Assembly: GCA_963691875.1 (NCBI GenBank)
Contig: OY829846.1
Location: 3,584,001-3,648,000 of the forward strand
Source: Aureliella sp.
Lineage (GTDB): Bacteria; Planctomycetota; Planctomycetia; Pirellulales; Pirellulaceae
Reading direction: 5' to 3'
Length of the DNA: 64,000 nt
Of the stretch, positions 53,250-64,000 are shown piece after piece. How positions within the stretch are numbered: position 1 is the stretch's first letter; each line of letters begins with the position of its first letter. The notes under the pieces were generated by a model, which saw nothing but the letters and a program-made list of their open reading frames with translations, did not search any database and was not told where the DNA came from. Position numbers and translations under genes: made by a program.

Positions 53250-54620
53250 ATGAGCGAATCACAGAAAAAGTCTTGGTGGATTCATCGGCGACACGCGCTG
53301 CGAGCTGCAGGTAGTTGCATCGCACTTCCGCTGCTCGAATGCATGCAGTCTTCGGAAGCCAAAGCGTTGGAAGACGCACCGAACCACCCGAAACGAAGCG
53401 TCTTTATCTACATTCCAAACGGTGTGAATACGCTCGACTATCAGATCACCAGACCTGGGAAAGACTATCAATTTTCTCGCACACTCAGTCCGCTGAAAAA
53501 ACATCGCTCGGTGATTACTCCGATCAGCGGGTTGTACCATCCCGGCGGGCTCGGGCACCATCACAACTGCCAGAAAATTTGGTTGACTGGTGGCAAACTT
53601 GGTCCGTCAGATCGCAACACGATCTCGGTGGACCAACGAATGGCTCAGGTGACAGGGCCTCACACGCGCTTTCATTCGCTCGAGATTTCCAATAAAGGTG
53701 AGTCGCTGGCTTGGACTGCCGATGGGATTCGTCTACCAGGCATGAGCCGCTGTCGGAATGTCTTTTCGCATCTATTCGAAGAGCCCAAGGATGGCACCGA
53801 AGCTCAGAGACGGATGCTTCGACGCAAAGGCAGTGTACTGGACGCGAATCTGGAGGAAGTGCGGTCATTGGAACGCAAGCTTGGTGGTGCCGACAAAGGG
53901 CGTTTGACGCAGTATCTCAGTGCCGTCCGCGAAACGGAGATTCGCACGCGGCGCGCCGACTCTTGGCTGGATGTCCCACGCCCTGAAATTGCTGCGGCGG
54001 ACCGAGATCGCACGAACCGAGATGTTCCGCAGTCACAAGCAGGCGAGTATTTTAGAACCATGTACGACTTGATCGTTCTTGCATTCCAGACCGATGCCAC
54101 ACGAGTTGCAACTTTCAGCAGCGGCATTGAAGGACAAGGCATTCCCATCCCAGAGTTGGGAATCACACAGACTCGACATGCTCTCAGTCACCATAACGGC
54201 GATCCTGGTCACATGGAAAAATTGACGCAGAGCGATACCTTTGCGGTAGAGCAGTTCAGCTACTTCCTGAGTCGACTCGCCGAAACCAATGACTTAGATG
54301 GAAATCCGTTGCTCAATACTACGATGGCTCTTTTCGGAAGTGGCATGGCCTATGGGCACAGCCATGGCAATGCGAATCTGCCGCTAGTTCTTGCAGGAGG
54401 TAGCGCACTTGGGTTGCGGCATGGCCAGCACTTGGACTTCAACGAAGGTCATTTTAACGGCTACGACCTGGAGAATCATCGCGGCCACTATCAACTCTGC
54501 AGCCGTCCTGCAAATCCCGAGGCACACATGAGCAACCTGTTGCTGATGATGGCGCAAAAGATGGACGTCGAGACAGAGCATTTCGGCGACAGTAACAACA
54601 GCTTGGAGCTAAGCAATTGA
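53250..54620 (+). CDS. DUF1552 domain protein (Tat-exported)
   Basis: [48 protein letters not shown]. Confidence 0.93.
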   Translation: MSESQKKSWWIHRRHALRAAGSCIALPLLECMQSSEAKALEDAPNHPKRSVFIYIPNGVNTLDYQITRPGKDYQFSRTLSPLKKHRSVITPISGLYHPGGLGHHHNCQKIWLTGGKLGPSDRNTISVDQRMAQVTGPHTRFHSLEISNKGESLAWTADGIRLPGMSRCRNVFSHLFEEPKDGTEAQRRMLRRKGSVLDANLEEVRSLERKLGGADKGRLTQYLSAVRETEIRTRRADSWLDVPRPEIAAADRDRTNRDVPQSQAGEYFRTMYDLIVLAFQTDATRVATFSSGIEGQGIPIPELGITQTRHALSHHNGDPGHMEKLTQSDTFAVEQFSYFLSRLAETNDLDGNPLLNTTMALFGSGMAYGHSHGNANLPLVLAGGSALGLRHGQHLDFNEGHFNGYDLENHRGHYQLCSRPANPEAHMSNLLLMMAQKMDVETEHFGDSNNSLELSN

Positions 54621-55816
54621 GAGCGTTCAATTTCCAGTTCTTGCTTTTTTTCTACTGTTTCGTCGGCGCTTCGCCTGGCAAAGCAGATGAACCCTTTCGT
54701 TCGCAACCTGTAGTATTTCCGCCGGCCGAGGAGGCCAGGGCGTACCGTGGCGAGTTGGTCTTCGTGGACCATGTGAATCGAAGAGGTAGTCTTCGATTGC
54801 AGGTCGACGGTGTTTACCGTGAGATCGCCCCGCATCCTTTCGCGATGCTGCCCTATGGAATGATCTATTATCGTGGCGCTCCTGCGGAGCTACGTGATAT
54901 TCCAATTGGTACTGTCCTCTACGGCCGTTTCTATTTGCCGCCTGATCTCGCGACTTCAGTTGTGCCTGTCGTGAAGCAGGCGAAGGCCGGCTTACCACGC
55001 GAAAACCATGCGATTTTGCTTGAGGACGGGCCAAGTCTATGCTTGCGTGAGGGTAAATCATGGAAACTGAAACAGGTGACAACAAAGGTCGAGTCAGGCG
55101 AGCTTACTGTGCAGCTGGACCGAGAGGACGGAGGCGAAGGTCTTGGAGGCGAGCACAAAATCACTATCGATTCCTCTACTCGAATTTGGCGCGGTAGAGA
55201 ATTGCTCTGTATCGGAGACTTGATGGCCGAAGGGACATGGCCGAAAGGCGGTACAAAGGCCTGCGATGATCTACCGATCCACCTTGGTCTGACTTGGCAT
55301 CCGCGCTATTTGTATCAACAGTTTCATGCCGCGGACATCTGGCTGGATGAGGTTGCATCGAACGTTGCTAGAGAGCGGCAGCGGCAGGTCCATATTCGCC
55401 ATATCCGTTACCGCTGGATGCCAGCCCGGGTCGACTCAGTGGAGTATGGCGAGTTCGGCGAAGCGACAGTTCAGGTGACGCTGTTTGGCGGTATGGACGA
55501 AAGCCTCTATGCTGACTTCAAGACAGGTACTGGAGGACAAATGGCAGCATCCGAAAGCACACTTCGCACCTATTGGCCTGATCACGACGGTATGGAAGGC
55601 AGGATCGAAGCGGTGGAGCGAGTCGACGGCGAAGTTCCACTCGGTAGCAGTGGCATTCAAGTGACATTCTCTGTCAACTTGGTGCTGGAAGGATTTCGCC
55701 CAGGCCGCATCGTTCGGATTCGCCCCAATAGCTGGCCGAGAGTCAAACCTCCCAAAGAAGAGCTTATCAACGGTTTCCAAGATCGTTGGCCAAGCCCCGA
55801 CATTTTCAAGAAGTAA
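54617..55816 (+). CDS. Hypothetical secreted protein coupled to DUF1552 gene
   Basis: 399-aa ORF overlapping the upstream stop (TTGA), signal-peptide-like N-terminus. Confidence 0.8.
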   Translation: MRAFNFQFLLFFYCFVGASPGKADEPFRSQPVVFPPAEEARAYRGELVFVDHVNRRGSLRLQVDGVYREIAPHPFAMLPYGMIYYRGAPAELRDIPIGTVLYGRFYLPPDLATSVVPVVKQAKAGLPRENHAILLEDGPSLCLREGKSWKLKQVTTKVESGELTVQLDREDGGEGLGGEHKITIDSSTRIWRGRELLCIGDLMAEGTWPKGGTKACDDLPIHLGLTWHPRYLYQQFHAADIWLDEVASNVARERQRQVHIRHIRYRWMPARVDSVEYGEFGEATVQVTLFGGMDESLYADFKTGTGGQMAASESTLRTYWPDHDGMEGRIEAVERVDGEVPLGSSGIQVTFSVNLVLEGFRPGRIVRIRPNSWPRVKPPKEELINGFQDRWPSPDIFKK

Positions 55817-56281
55817 GACCACTGCAGTTCAGGCCCTGACTGCCTGAGCCTAACTACCGCTGCTCCTCAGCTTCCTTATCGGTGGAACTCTCCTCAAATA
55901 CGCGGATAAGAGCCCCAGTGCGATTCGTAGTTAAGGTACTGGATCTGGCGTTCAACGCTAGGTAGCTGGAACCTCCGCGAGCATGGTGACCTCTGTGGCT
56001 CGAGTAACTTGGCGAACGGAAACAAAAGGGTGGAATTAGCCCTTAAGTCAATGGTTAGCTGCGTCCACAGACCGGAAGACTATGCCACTTTTTCGCTGCG
56101 AAGAAGACCTTGTCAGGACTGTTTGCTGTCAGGAGGATTGCATATCTTGTTGATATCCAGGATCGAAGGCTCCCCCGCGGCGCGGAAACTCTTGACTTTG
56201 CTGGCAGAAACGGCTCAGAAATCTCACTTGTTTCAAAACTTCCTCACATCAAACTCCCTCCAACCCACAATAATCGCATCC

Positions 56282-57289
56282 ATGGCAACTGTTTTACTAA
56301 CTGGATTCGGGGGTTTTCTTGGCTCGGAAATTGCGAGGCAGTTGCTGGCAGCGGGGCACCAAGTACGTGGTATTGCGCGCAATGAATATCCGGAACTTGA
56401 GGCAGCAGGAGTAGAAACGGTTCAAGGCAGTATTTCCGATCGTGACCTTGTTCTCAAGGCAACGCAAGGCTGCGATGCCATCATCAATACGGCAGCAAAA
56501 GCAGGCGTCTGGGGCAAGTGGCCTGAATACTACGGCATCAACACGCTTGCCGTGTCGCATCTGCTGGAAGCTGCCCAGCAAAACAAGGTGCAAAATTTCG
56601 TTCAAACAAGTAGCCCCAGCGTAACCTTTGACGGCAAAGATCAATCGGGAATTGACGAAACGGCTCCTTATCCGGGGAAATGGTTGTGCTTTTATCCGCA
56701 GACCAAAGCACTTGCTGAACGAGCGGTGTTAGAAGCTGCGAAAACGGGTCAAGTTCGCGCATGCGCTCTCCGGCCCCATTTGATTTGGGGCAAAGGTGAC
56801 CCACACTTGTTCCCACGCGTGATCAGTCGCACCTTGGCAGGACGCTTGCGCCGTATTGGAGACGGCAGGAACGTCATCGACGTCGTGCACGTTCGCAATG
56901 CAGCTCGATCGCATGTGCTTGCATTGGAAAAATTACTGGGCGGTGATGAGGATGTCAACGGCCAAGCATTTTTTATCACGGATGGCCAGCCTGTTTCCTG
57001 CTGGGACTGGATTAGCAAGATCTTGACGACCGCTGGAGTGGAAGTTCCCCAGAAATCGATTTCTTTCTCCGCCGCCTATGGGATAGGAGCAGTTCTCGAA
57101 GCTACCTATTGGGCGCTTGGTAAAAAGAACGAACCGCCGATGACAAGGTTCGTCGCAGCACAACTGGCCCAGGATCATTATTTCTCAATCGGCAAGGCTC
57201 GCGACCTTCTTGGCTACGATCCACAGGTGGACATTGAGAGTGAGTTTGCGGACTGCAAGGAATGGCTAGCAGGCATGGTGAACGGATAA
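56282..57289 (+). CDS. NAD-dependent epimerase/3-beta-HSD family reductase (OleD-like)
   Basis: TGFGGFLG, AAKAGVWG, TSSPSV, YPQTKALAE (YxxxK), LRPHLIWG; ATG at 56282. Confidence 0.88.
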   Translation: MATVLLTGFGGFLGSEIARQLLAAGHQVRGIARNEYPELEAAGVETVQGSISDRDLVLKATQGCDAIINTAAKAGVWGKWPEYYGINTLAVSHLLEAAQQNKVQNFVQTSSPSVTFDGKDQSGIDETAPYPGKWLCFYPQTKALAERAVLEAAKTGQVRACALRPHLIWGKGDPHLFPRVISRTLAGRLRRIGDGRNVIDVVHVRNAARSHVLALEKLLGGDEDVNGQAFFITDGQPVSCWDWISKILTTAGVEVPQKSISFSAAYGIGAVLEATYWALGKKNEPPMTRFVAAQLAQDHYFSIGKARDLLGYDPQVDIESEFADCKEWLAGMVNG

Positions 57290-57296
57290 CGGATTC

Positions 57297-58961
57297 ATGC
57301 ACCCAGCACTTTGGACGCTGCTTCGGTTGGACTTCGCTGGTTCCCTGCGTGGCCTAACCAACCTGCGCAAGAACTGGCGCCAGCTATTCTTATTTGTGTT
57401 GATGCTGGTGTTCATCGGCGTTTTCGTGGTGGTGCGAGCAATGAACCCCAGCGTCCAAGGCGCCAGTCGCTTCGGGCCGGCCATGCCGTTCTGGGCCATG
57501 CTCTACTTGATGGCAACTTGGCTAACGGCCTCGGCGGATCGAGGCTTGGTGATGCGCCCCGCCGAGATCCATTTTCTCGCGGGAGGCCCTTTTCCCGAAC
57601 GCGATATCATCACACTGAATCTGATTCGACTTGCCTTTCGCTCCTTCATCTCCGCGCTGGTTCTTTCCTTGCTCACCATGGCTTACGTACCCAGCTATCC
57701 TTCGGCCCTGATCGGCATATGGATGCTCATTGGGGTTTCGCTGCTGGTTGGAATGCTTGCTTCGCTTTCCTCGCGTACTGCGCAACGGCAAGTGGTTCAG
57801 CGAGTAAGGCGAGTATTCAACGTCTTAGCGATGGCGACACTGATCATCATCGTGGCTCAGTCTTTTCGGGCCGTGCGCGCCGCCGACGTCTCTCCCAATG
57901 TATCGGCGATTGCCGCAGCGTCAGCCGAAACTCAGCTTGGTCGCTACGTATTGCCACCGCTTGCCTGGATGTTTCAGCCGATGTCCGCAAGTAGCTTCTT
58001 TGGTGAAACGATTTTCTTATTGCCTGCTCGCTTAGGAGTCATCAGTTTGCTCCTAAGCTTGGTTTACTTATTAGGCGGACGCTACCTTGAGGCCTCGACG
58101 CGGCGGACGGATCAGTCGATTGCGAAGCGGCAAAGTGCTTTACGAAGCGGTATCGCAGGTTCGAGTGACAAGCGCAGCTGGACGGCAAGCATTTCTCTTC
58201 CGCTCGTGTGGCGATTAGGGGGGGTTGGAAGTGTTGCGTGGATGCAGATGCAACACAGCGTCCGAATTTTGCCGAGGTTTCTACTGTTTACACTGACGGT
58301 CGTTGGCGTTGTGCTGGTGATTCCTCTCATGGTCGATGCCCGACGCATGGAAGGCCTCGGGTCGATTGCTTGGATGAGCGGCCTGAACCTCTACGCAGAC
58401 TTCTTACTATTGCTACAGCTGCCGGTTGGCTTTTTGGGACCGGTCGCCCAACGCGAGATGCTCAAATCATTGCCCGTTCCAAGTTGGCGTGTGGCACTCG
58501 GGCTCTTGGCCGGCCCGGTGATTCCGCTCGTATTGGTGCACTTCTTCGTTCTTGGTCTATTCCTATTCATGGTGCCTGACAGTTGGACTCTTGTGCTGTG
58601 CACTTCAGTGGTACTGCTTCCCGGCGCAGCGGTCCTGATAGCGAACATCAACTTGCTAGGTTCTTGGGGCGTCATTCGGCCGCGAGCCTTGCAACAGCGC
58701 GATGCCTTAGCGGCTGGTAGAGCGATGGCGAGCGTCTGGGTTTTCTTTCTGACTCTGATGCCCGCGGTGATTTGCGGAGCCTTGGTCGCGGGCCTTGCAG
58801 GAGCCTTTCTCAACTTCGCAATCTATGGCTATTTGTTTGGTGCGGCAGCTGGAGTCACCATCTCTTGCGTGATTTACGTACTACTGATCGCTCGTAGTTT
58901 CAGCCGCTGGCAGCCCGACGCTGGAGCTGGTGGCCAAGAAGAGGCTGAACTCGACCGCTAG
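57297..58961 (+). CDS. Polytopic membrane protein (putative ABC exporter permease)
   Basis: About 12 hydrophobic segments in two halves; AEIHFL..GP and LKSLPV motifs. Confidence 0.75.
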   Translation: MHPALWTLLRLDFAGSLRGLTNLRKNWRQLFLFVLMLVFIGVFVVVRAMNPSVQGASRFGPAMPFWAMLYLMATWLTASADRGLVMRPAEIHFLAGGPFPERDIITLNLIRLAFRSFISALVLSLLTMAYVPSYPSALIGIWMLIGVSLLVGMLASLSSRTAQRQVVQRVRRVFNVLAMATLIIIVAQSFRAVRAADVSPNVSAIAAASAETQLGRYVLPPLAWMFQPMSASSFFGETIFLLPARLGVISLLLSLVYLLGGRYLEASTRRTDQSIAKRQSALRSGIAGSSDKRSWTASISLPLVWRLGGVGSVAWMQMQHSVRILPRFLLFTLTVVGVVLVIPLMVDARRMEGLGSIAWMSGLNLYADFLLLLQLPVGFLGPVAQREMLKSLPVPSWRVALGLLAGPVIPLVLVHFFVLGLFLFMVPDSWTLVLCTSVVLLPGAAVLIANINLLGSWGVIRPRALQQRDALAAGRAMASVWVFFLTLMPAVICGALVAGLAGAFLNFAIYGYLFGAAAGVTISCVIYVLLIARSFSRWQPDAGAGGQEEAELDR

Positions 58962-59097
58962 CTCGGAGATTTGCCGTCCGAATAGTTTCGCTGGTAGTAA
59001 CAACTCCGACCAACCACTCGAACGACTTGCAATTGAGGGCAATTTAGCCAGCTTTGCACGAGGAAAAGCATAGGTCGATTGATGCTAGAGTCCTATA

Positions 59098-60456
59098 ATG
59101 CAACGAACTATCGACGCGAACCGGGAGACTCCGTTGCCTTTCCGAAACATCCAGATTCTGTGCATCGTCATGCTGGTCTGCTATGCCTGCTACATTCAGG
59201 CAGAGCGTCTGAAGTATGCCAGTAAGATCGGACATGCCATCCAACTGATTGAAAACAACTACGTTGAGGAACGCGATCCAGACGAGTTGCTTGAAGCGGC
59301 CATGCAAGGGATCGTCGAGAAACTTGATGAGTTCTCGGCCTACATCCCACCGATTCAATACGAGCAGTTTCAGTCTGGCATCGAGCAGGAATTCGGCGGC
59401 ATCGGCATCATGATCGAAGGGCCGCCCACCGTGAAGCAGCTGACGGTTGTGACTCCAATCCCCAACACGCCCGCTTTTCGCGCTGGCCTGCAACCCGGTG
59501 ATGTTATTACTTCCATTGATGGACAGTCCACGGAAGGGCTGGTCACAGATGAAGCATCCAAGTTGATGCGAGGACCGGTTGGCAAAACGGTGCAACTGAC
59601 TCTGCGTCGCCCTGGCACAGCTCAAGTGATGACAAAAGACATTATGCGTGCCGACATTCAAGTCGACTCCGTTTACGGCGATCGAATTCAATCCGACTCA
59701 GAGTGGGATTTCTTTCTCAGGGAGGATTCCAGAGTCGCTTACTTGCGAGTCACGCAATTTGGCGAAAAGACAACTGGCGAGTTCTTAGACGCGATCAAAC
59801 AGATCAAACCGCAGGCTGAAGCGTTGGTCATCGACCTGCGTTACAATCCAGGCGGTATCCTCTCCTGTGCGGTCGAACTTTGCGACATGCTAGTCGACGA
59901 AGGTCTGATTGTCAGCACGCGCGGACGCAAGGATATGTTTAAAACGGAGATCGAAGCGACTGCTAGCGTTGACCTCAATCGTGGTATCCCAATCGTAGTT
60001 ATGGTGAACGGCCAATCCGCCAGTGCCAGCGAGATCATGGCTGGATGCTTACAAGATCTAGGGCGGGCCAAAATCGCGGGCACACGTTCTTACGGCAAAG
60101 GCACCGTTCAACGAGTGTTCCCGCTCGCTTCCGACACCGCTCTCAAGTTTACGACGGCTAGGTTCTACCGACCGAGCGGAACGAACATTCATCGCACAAA
60201 AGAAATGACCGAAGACGATGAATGGGGCATTTCTCCCGAGGCCAATCTGACGCTTGAAACCACTGACATGCAAGAGCTCAACTTGCTTCGACGATGGCGA
60301 CGACACAGCGATCCAAGAATCACCACCAATCCGGACCGCCCGCCAGCACCGAAGTGTGCAGGTGACCCGCAGTTACTACAGGTGCTCGAGCACTTGCAAG
60401 AACAACTCGATCAGGCAGAGGCAATTGCGGCACCTGCGAAGGAGGTTGCAGAGTGA
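59098..60456 (+). CDS. S41 family C-terminal processing peptidase
   Basis: FGGIGI PDZ, DLRYNPGG, SASASEI, SYGKG, TTARFYRPSG. Confidence 0.94.
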   Translation: MQRTIDANRETPLPFRNIQILCIVMLVCYACYIQAERLKYASKIGHAIQLIENNYVEERDPDELLEAAMQGIVEKLDEFSAYIPPIQYEQFQSGIEQEFGGIGIMIEGPPTVKQLTVVTPIPNTPAFRAGLQPGDVITSIDGQSTEGLVTDEASKLMRGPVGKTVQLTLRRPGTAQVMTKDIMRADIQVDSVYGDRIQSDSEWDFFLREDSRVAYLRVTQFGEKTTGEFLDAIKQIKPQAEALVIDLRYNPGGILSCAVELCDMLVDEGLIVSTRGRKDMFKTEIEATASVDLNRGIPIVVMVNGQSASASEIMAGCLQDLGRAKIAGTRSYGKGTVQRVFPLASDTALKFTTARFYRPSGTNIHRTKEMTEDDEWGISPEANLTLETTDMQELNLLRRWRRHSDPRITTNPDRPPAPKCAGDPQLLQVLEHLQEQLDQAEAIAAPAKEVAE

Positions 60457-61337
60457 GCGACGCAGGAAGGAAACGGCTTCTCATTGTAGGCTGCGGTTAT
60501 GTCGGAGCCGAAGTCGTCAAGCTAGCCAACGAGCACTTCTCGGTCTTCGCTTTGTCGAGAAATCCGGATCGCGTCCCCGAATTCAATCAGCTCGGAATTT
60601 CGCATATTCTTGGAGACTGGCTAAAACCAGAAACCTGGAGTTCCTTTTCGCATTTTGACGCGATTCTGTTTTCGGTCCCGCATCGAGCCGATGAGAAGCT
60701 GGGGAATCAAACGCATGTGGCGGGCCTAAAGGCGGCATTAAGCAGCCAAGGAGCAGCGAGCGAAACGTCGCCTCGCGTCGTCTACCTAAGTACCACCGGA
60801 GTCTACGGGGAATGCCAAGATGAAACCGTCCACGAGGATACTCCAGCAAATCCAACCCGTATCGGCCCAGAAATCGCACTTGAAGCAGAACGATGGCTTG
60901 CATCTTCAGAAGCCAAAGACGCAAAGTGGAATTCTACCGTCTTGAGATTAGCAGGAATTTATGGTCCAGGTCGAATACCTCTGGCGGCCAAACTCCACGC
61001 AGGCGAAGCACTGGCTGTACCGCAGCAAGGCTTCTTGAACTTGGTGCATGTTCACGATATCGCGCGGATCATCTTACAGCTGCTGCTGACTGAAGCGCCT
61101 AGGCGCGACACCTACGTGTTTTCTGACAGTCATCCTGTCAGGCGTCTCGACTTCTACCAATCCTTAGCCGAGCTCTGCGGTGTCAGTGAGCCACAGTTCG
61201 TCGAAGCAGATCCCCTGGACTCGCGAGCTCGTCGAGCCACCAGTAAGAAAGTCGATGCAAGCCGCATCGCTAGCGAATTCAATTTCCAGTATCGCTTTCC
61301 GGATTACCGATCCGGGCTGCTAGACGCGCTACGCTAG
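60453..61337 (+). CDS. Atypical SDR / NAD-dependent epimerase (YeeZ-like)
   Basis: GCGYVG, YLSTTGVYG, LRLAGIYGPGR, FPDYRSG; GTGA overlap with upstream gene. Confidence 0.9.
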   Translation: MSDAGRKRLLIVGCGYVGAEVVKLANEHFSVFALSRNPDRVPEFNQLGISHILGDWLKPETWSSFSHFDAILFSVPHRADEKLGNQTHVAGLKAALSSQGAASETSPRVVYLSTTGVYGECQDETVHEDTPANPTRIGPEIALEAERWLASSEAKDAKWNSTVLRLAGIYGPGRIPLAAKLHAGEALAVPQQGFLNLVHVHDIARIILQLLLTEAPRRDTYVFSDSHPVRRLDFYQSLAELCGVSEPQFVEADPLDSRARRATSKKVDASRIASEFNFQYRFPDYRSGLLDALR

Positions 61338-61455
61338 GAACTCCTCAGATTATAGTCCCGCTTTTATGCGGAATGGACGCGACGCGCATTCTGTTTACTC
61401 ACAGAACGCCTTACGGCGATACGACTCACTAAACAACAGCTCGCTAGTGTAGAAA

Positions 61456-62601
61456 CTAGTTCAACGTGATGTCGACTTCGTAGATCTTGTCTTCGCGAAC
61501 AAAGGTAAAAGTCACTTCCTCGCCGCGTCTCAGCTTTAGCATCGCGTCTTGGAACTGTTGCACGTTGTCGACTTTGACGCCACCGACTTTCTGAATGACA
61601 TCGCCCATGATGACGCTGCCACGGCCAGTGAATTGACACTCCTTCAGCCCAGCTGCGGCAGCGGCACCCCCTGGCTGAAGCTCTAGGATGGCGACGCCTT
61701 CAATGCCCGTTAATCGCTTGAGCCGCTCGTTCAACGACTCGTTGATGCGGACGCCCAGACGCGCTGGCTCGTACTTGCCTTCCAAAATGATTTGCGGGAC
61801 GACACGATTCACACTATCGACCGGAACAGCAAAGCCAACTCCCGCCGATGCACCAGAAGGCGAGTAAATCGCGGTGTTAACGCCGATCAATCGTCCTGCG
61901 CTGTCAAGCAACGGACCGCCGGAGTTGCCCGGGTTGATTGCTGCGTCGATCTGAATCACGTCATCGATTGTCGCACCACTCGGCGATTTGATCGCTCGAC
62001 TCTTTGAAGAAACAATCCCTGTCGTCAAGGTTTGGTGTAGGCCGAAAGGATTGCCGATGGCAAAAACGCTTTGGCCTACTTTCAGATCCTGGCTCTCACC
62101 AATCAGAACCGGCCGAAGTTTTTCCTTGGGTGCGTTGACCTTGAGAACGGCCAGATCATAGTTTGGCGAGGAAGCAACTAATGTCGCTTCGTAACTCGAC
62201 TGATCGTGGAACACCACTTGGTAAAAGTCTGCTTCTTGCACGACATGAAAGTTCGTGACAATGTGTCCCTCTTGGTCCCAGACGAATCCACTTCCCGTTC
62301 CGAGGTCACGATCCTCAAAGCGGCGGGTGAAGCGATTTCGCACCGCAGCCTGGGTGTTGATGTAAACCACCGATGGACTTACCTGATCAAATAGATCGAC
62401 CGTAGTCTTCTCAAAATCTGCCAAGGCACCGCGTGGCGTGACGGCGCGTGGTTCGCCCCCACCGCCGAACTGCAGCCAATTGCGAATGCTCGGCAGAACC
62501 CAAAATAAGGCGAGCAGCAGCATGAGGATCCAAGTGAGGGCGAGCTGACGCTTCAGTCTTCCTGCGGATTGATCCCACTGCGGCGGTTCTGAATATTCCA
62601 T
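61456..62601 (-). CDS. S1C (HtrA/DegP-like) serine protease with one PDZ domain
   Basis: GTGSGF, TNFHVV, DLAVL, GNPFG, AINPGNSGGPL; N-terminal TM. Confidence 0.94.
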   Translation of the reverse strand: MEYSEPPQWDQSAGRLKRQLALTWILMLLLALFWVLPSIRNWLQFGGGGEPRAVTPRGALADFEKTTVDLFDQVSPSVVYINTQAAVRNRFTRRFEDRDLGTGSGFVWDQEGHIVTNFHVVQEADFYQVVFHDQSSYEATLVASSPNYDLAVLKVNAPKEKLRPVLIGESQDLKVGQSVFAIGNPFGLHQTLTTGIVSSKSRAIKSPSGATIDDVIQIDAAINPGNSGGPLLDSAGRLIGVNTAIYSPSGASAGVGFAVPVDSVNRVVPQIILEGKYEPARLGVRINESLNERLKRLTGIEGVAILELQPGGAAAAAGLKECQFTGRGSVIMGDVIQKVGGVKVDNVQQFQDAMLKLRRGEEVTFTFVREDKIYEVDITLN

Positions 62602-62615
62602 AGCTTTTTTCTCAC

Positions 62616-63408
62616 CTACTCTTCGCGCTCGACCGCCAACCAACTGTTTCGTTCGCTACGGCTAAATTTTTCGACGCTGTATCGCAGCATGGTACGAGGC
62701 ATTTCTCCTGCATGTTCGGACAAAAAGCCCCTCAGTAACTCTACCTTGCGATTACCCATCTCACGCAACATACAGCCAACCGCCTTGTGCATGAGATCAT
62801 GCGGATGCCGCAAGAACCTCTCTGCCAGTCGCAGGATCTCCTCAAATTCATCGTGCTTTATCAGAGCGAGAGTCGCAACCGCAGCTATGCGTTCTTGCCA
62901 AAGATTCCCATTCCTCGCAAGCTGGATTCAAGGTTTTTTTCTGCTTTGGGAACGCCACCAGGTACGCCCCTAGGATCTTATAAGCTGAGGAATCAACGAG
63001 TTCCCAATTATTTACTCCCTCCAAGTTTTCGAGATAAAAGCCCACCAAGCCTTGGGGTGTTTCCTCGACCTCACCGTAGATTTGTTGTCCCAGCTTTCGG
63101 TGCTTCCGTAGTGCAGCTTCGAAGCGGTTCACCAGTATGAAGATTGCAGTCAGCCGGCACTCGTGCCAATACGAGCGGAGCAACTTCCCGAGTTCATCAA
63201 TTGAAAGCTCTCGAAAGTCCTTCTCGATCTGTCTTTGATCTGGGACGATGACTCCCAGAAACTGGTCACCTTCTCCGTAGCCGCCAGGAATTGCCCGAAA
63301 GAATCCCGGTAGGAATTCAGCCTTGCCCGGACGAGAAAGCTCCCTCAGAACCAACTCGACGTCCTTCGCCGCTGCCTCGGGTTGAGAAGTTTTCTTTTTT
63401 TTCTTCAT
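62616..63408 (-). pseudogene. DNA alkylation repair protein (AlkD-like), frameshifted
   Basis: GGYGEGDQFLG, HECRLTA, NNWELVDSSA in one frame; NLWQERIA...HPHDLMHKAVGCMLREMG...MPRTMLRY in another; break near 62925. Confidence 0.85.
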
Positions 63409-63544
63409 CTGCTCCAATCAGTGGTTGCTTGCGGGGTTTGTCAGGCCAATGTGAGACCTCTACAATACCGTGTGTGTGATCTTCGGGCCCTGTGCTATGG
63501 CAGCCAAGATGATCGCCTCTTTTCTCTCAGAATGACCAGTGTTC

Positions 63545-64000
63545 ATGCTAGACCGCAAGCCTATTTTTCCTAATGTCATTGAGTTGAACTTTCAGGCTGG
63601 TCACGTCATCGGCTGCAACGTTTACCTCGTGTTCGATCAAGACGAGTGGATCTTGATCGATATCGGCTACGAAGAATCCGTCGAGGAAATCGTCGAGCTT
63701 GTCCGTGAGCTGGATTTTCCACTTTCGAAGTGCAAGACTCTTGTTGCGACTCATGCGGATGTGGACCACGGCCAAGGCTTCGCTTTGGCCAAAAAGATGC
63801 TCAAGACGACGGTTTCGGCTCATCCTAAAGCGGCGAAACTGCTGGCTACAGGTGATAAACTTCGCACCTTTGCTGAGATCGAAGCACAAAATATTCGTCT
63901 CGAAATGCCAGCGGTCGACACTGAGCATGTGATCGACGAAGGTTCCAAGATCCAGGTTGGCGATTTAGAGCTCGAAGTTTGGTCCACACCTGGCCATGCC
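63545..64000 (+). CDS. MBL-fold metallo-hydrolase (partial, runs off right edge)
   Basis: Hand translation MLDRKPIFPNVIELNFQAGHVIGCNVYLV...LIDIG...THADVDH...WSTPGH; frame open to end. Confidence 0.88.
   Translation, partial: MLDRKPIFPNVIELNFQAGHVIGCNVYLVFDQDEWILIDIGYEESVEEIVELVRELDFPLSKCKTLVATHADVDHGQGFALAKKMLKTTVSAHPKAAKLLATGDKLRTFAEIEAQNIRLEMPAVDTEHVIDEGSKIQVGDLELEVWSTPGHA

Noticed and set aside
55817..56281. N-terminal extension of the OleD-like ORF from 56009, or an RNA element in this gap
   Set aside because: The Rossmann fold begins at ATG 56282; no convincing structure or motif was seen upstream.
62934..62940. Programmed frameshift or phase variation at the A7 run in alkD
   Set aside because: The required frame has a stop immediately after the run; the lesion lies downstream of it.

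Overview
Bacterial chromosomal segment, most likely from a Planctomycete (Pirellulaceae-like). This is inferred from the 'ESLEERQLLAAD' extracellular motif, the DUF1592/DUF1552 pair, DUF1080 and the MoxR-DUF58-VWA-prenyltransferase operon. Housekeeping and metabolic genes include thrS, an inositol monophosphatase, dsbD, rnhA, two Cys/Met PLP enzymes, M61/S41/S1C/C15 peptidases, an acylglucosamine 2-epimerase, a four-gene LPS/glycan cluster (GT2, waaF-like, GT4, gmd) and an OleD-like reductase. A 13-kb six-gene MoxR operon lies back-to-back with a three-gene DUF1592-DUF1552-unknown operon. Non-coding signals read directly from the sequence: (i) two tRNA-Thr anticodon-mimic hairpins upstream of thrS, a candidate autoregulatory operator; (ii) a ~195-nt rod-like 6S-like RNA downstream of thrS; (iii) a compact SAM-II-like motif, a Cys-codon cluster and a terminator upstream of the transsulfuration genes. 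Three of the four glycan enzymes end in -AA and the fourth in -VA, resembling ClpXP degrons. Several genes are visibly decayed: a prenyltransferase-repeat paralogue, an NTF2-like gene, an Amt-HAMP fusion and alkD. No tRNA, rRNA, CRISPR array or intact mobile element was seen. All family calls come from motif recognition, not database searches.
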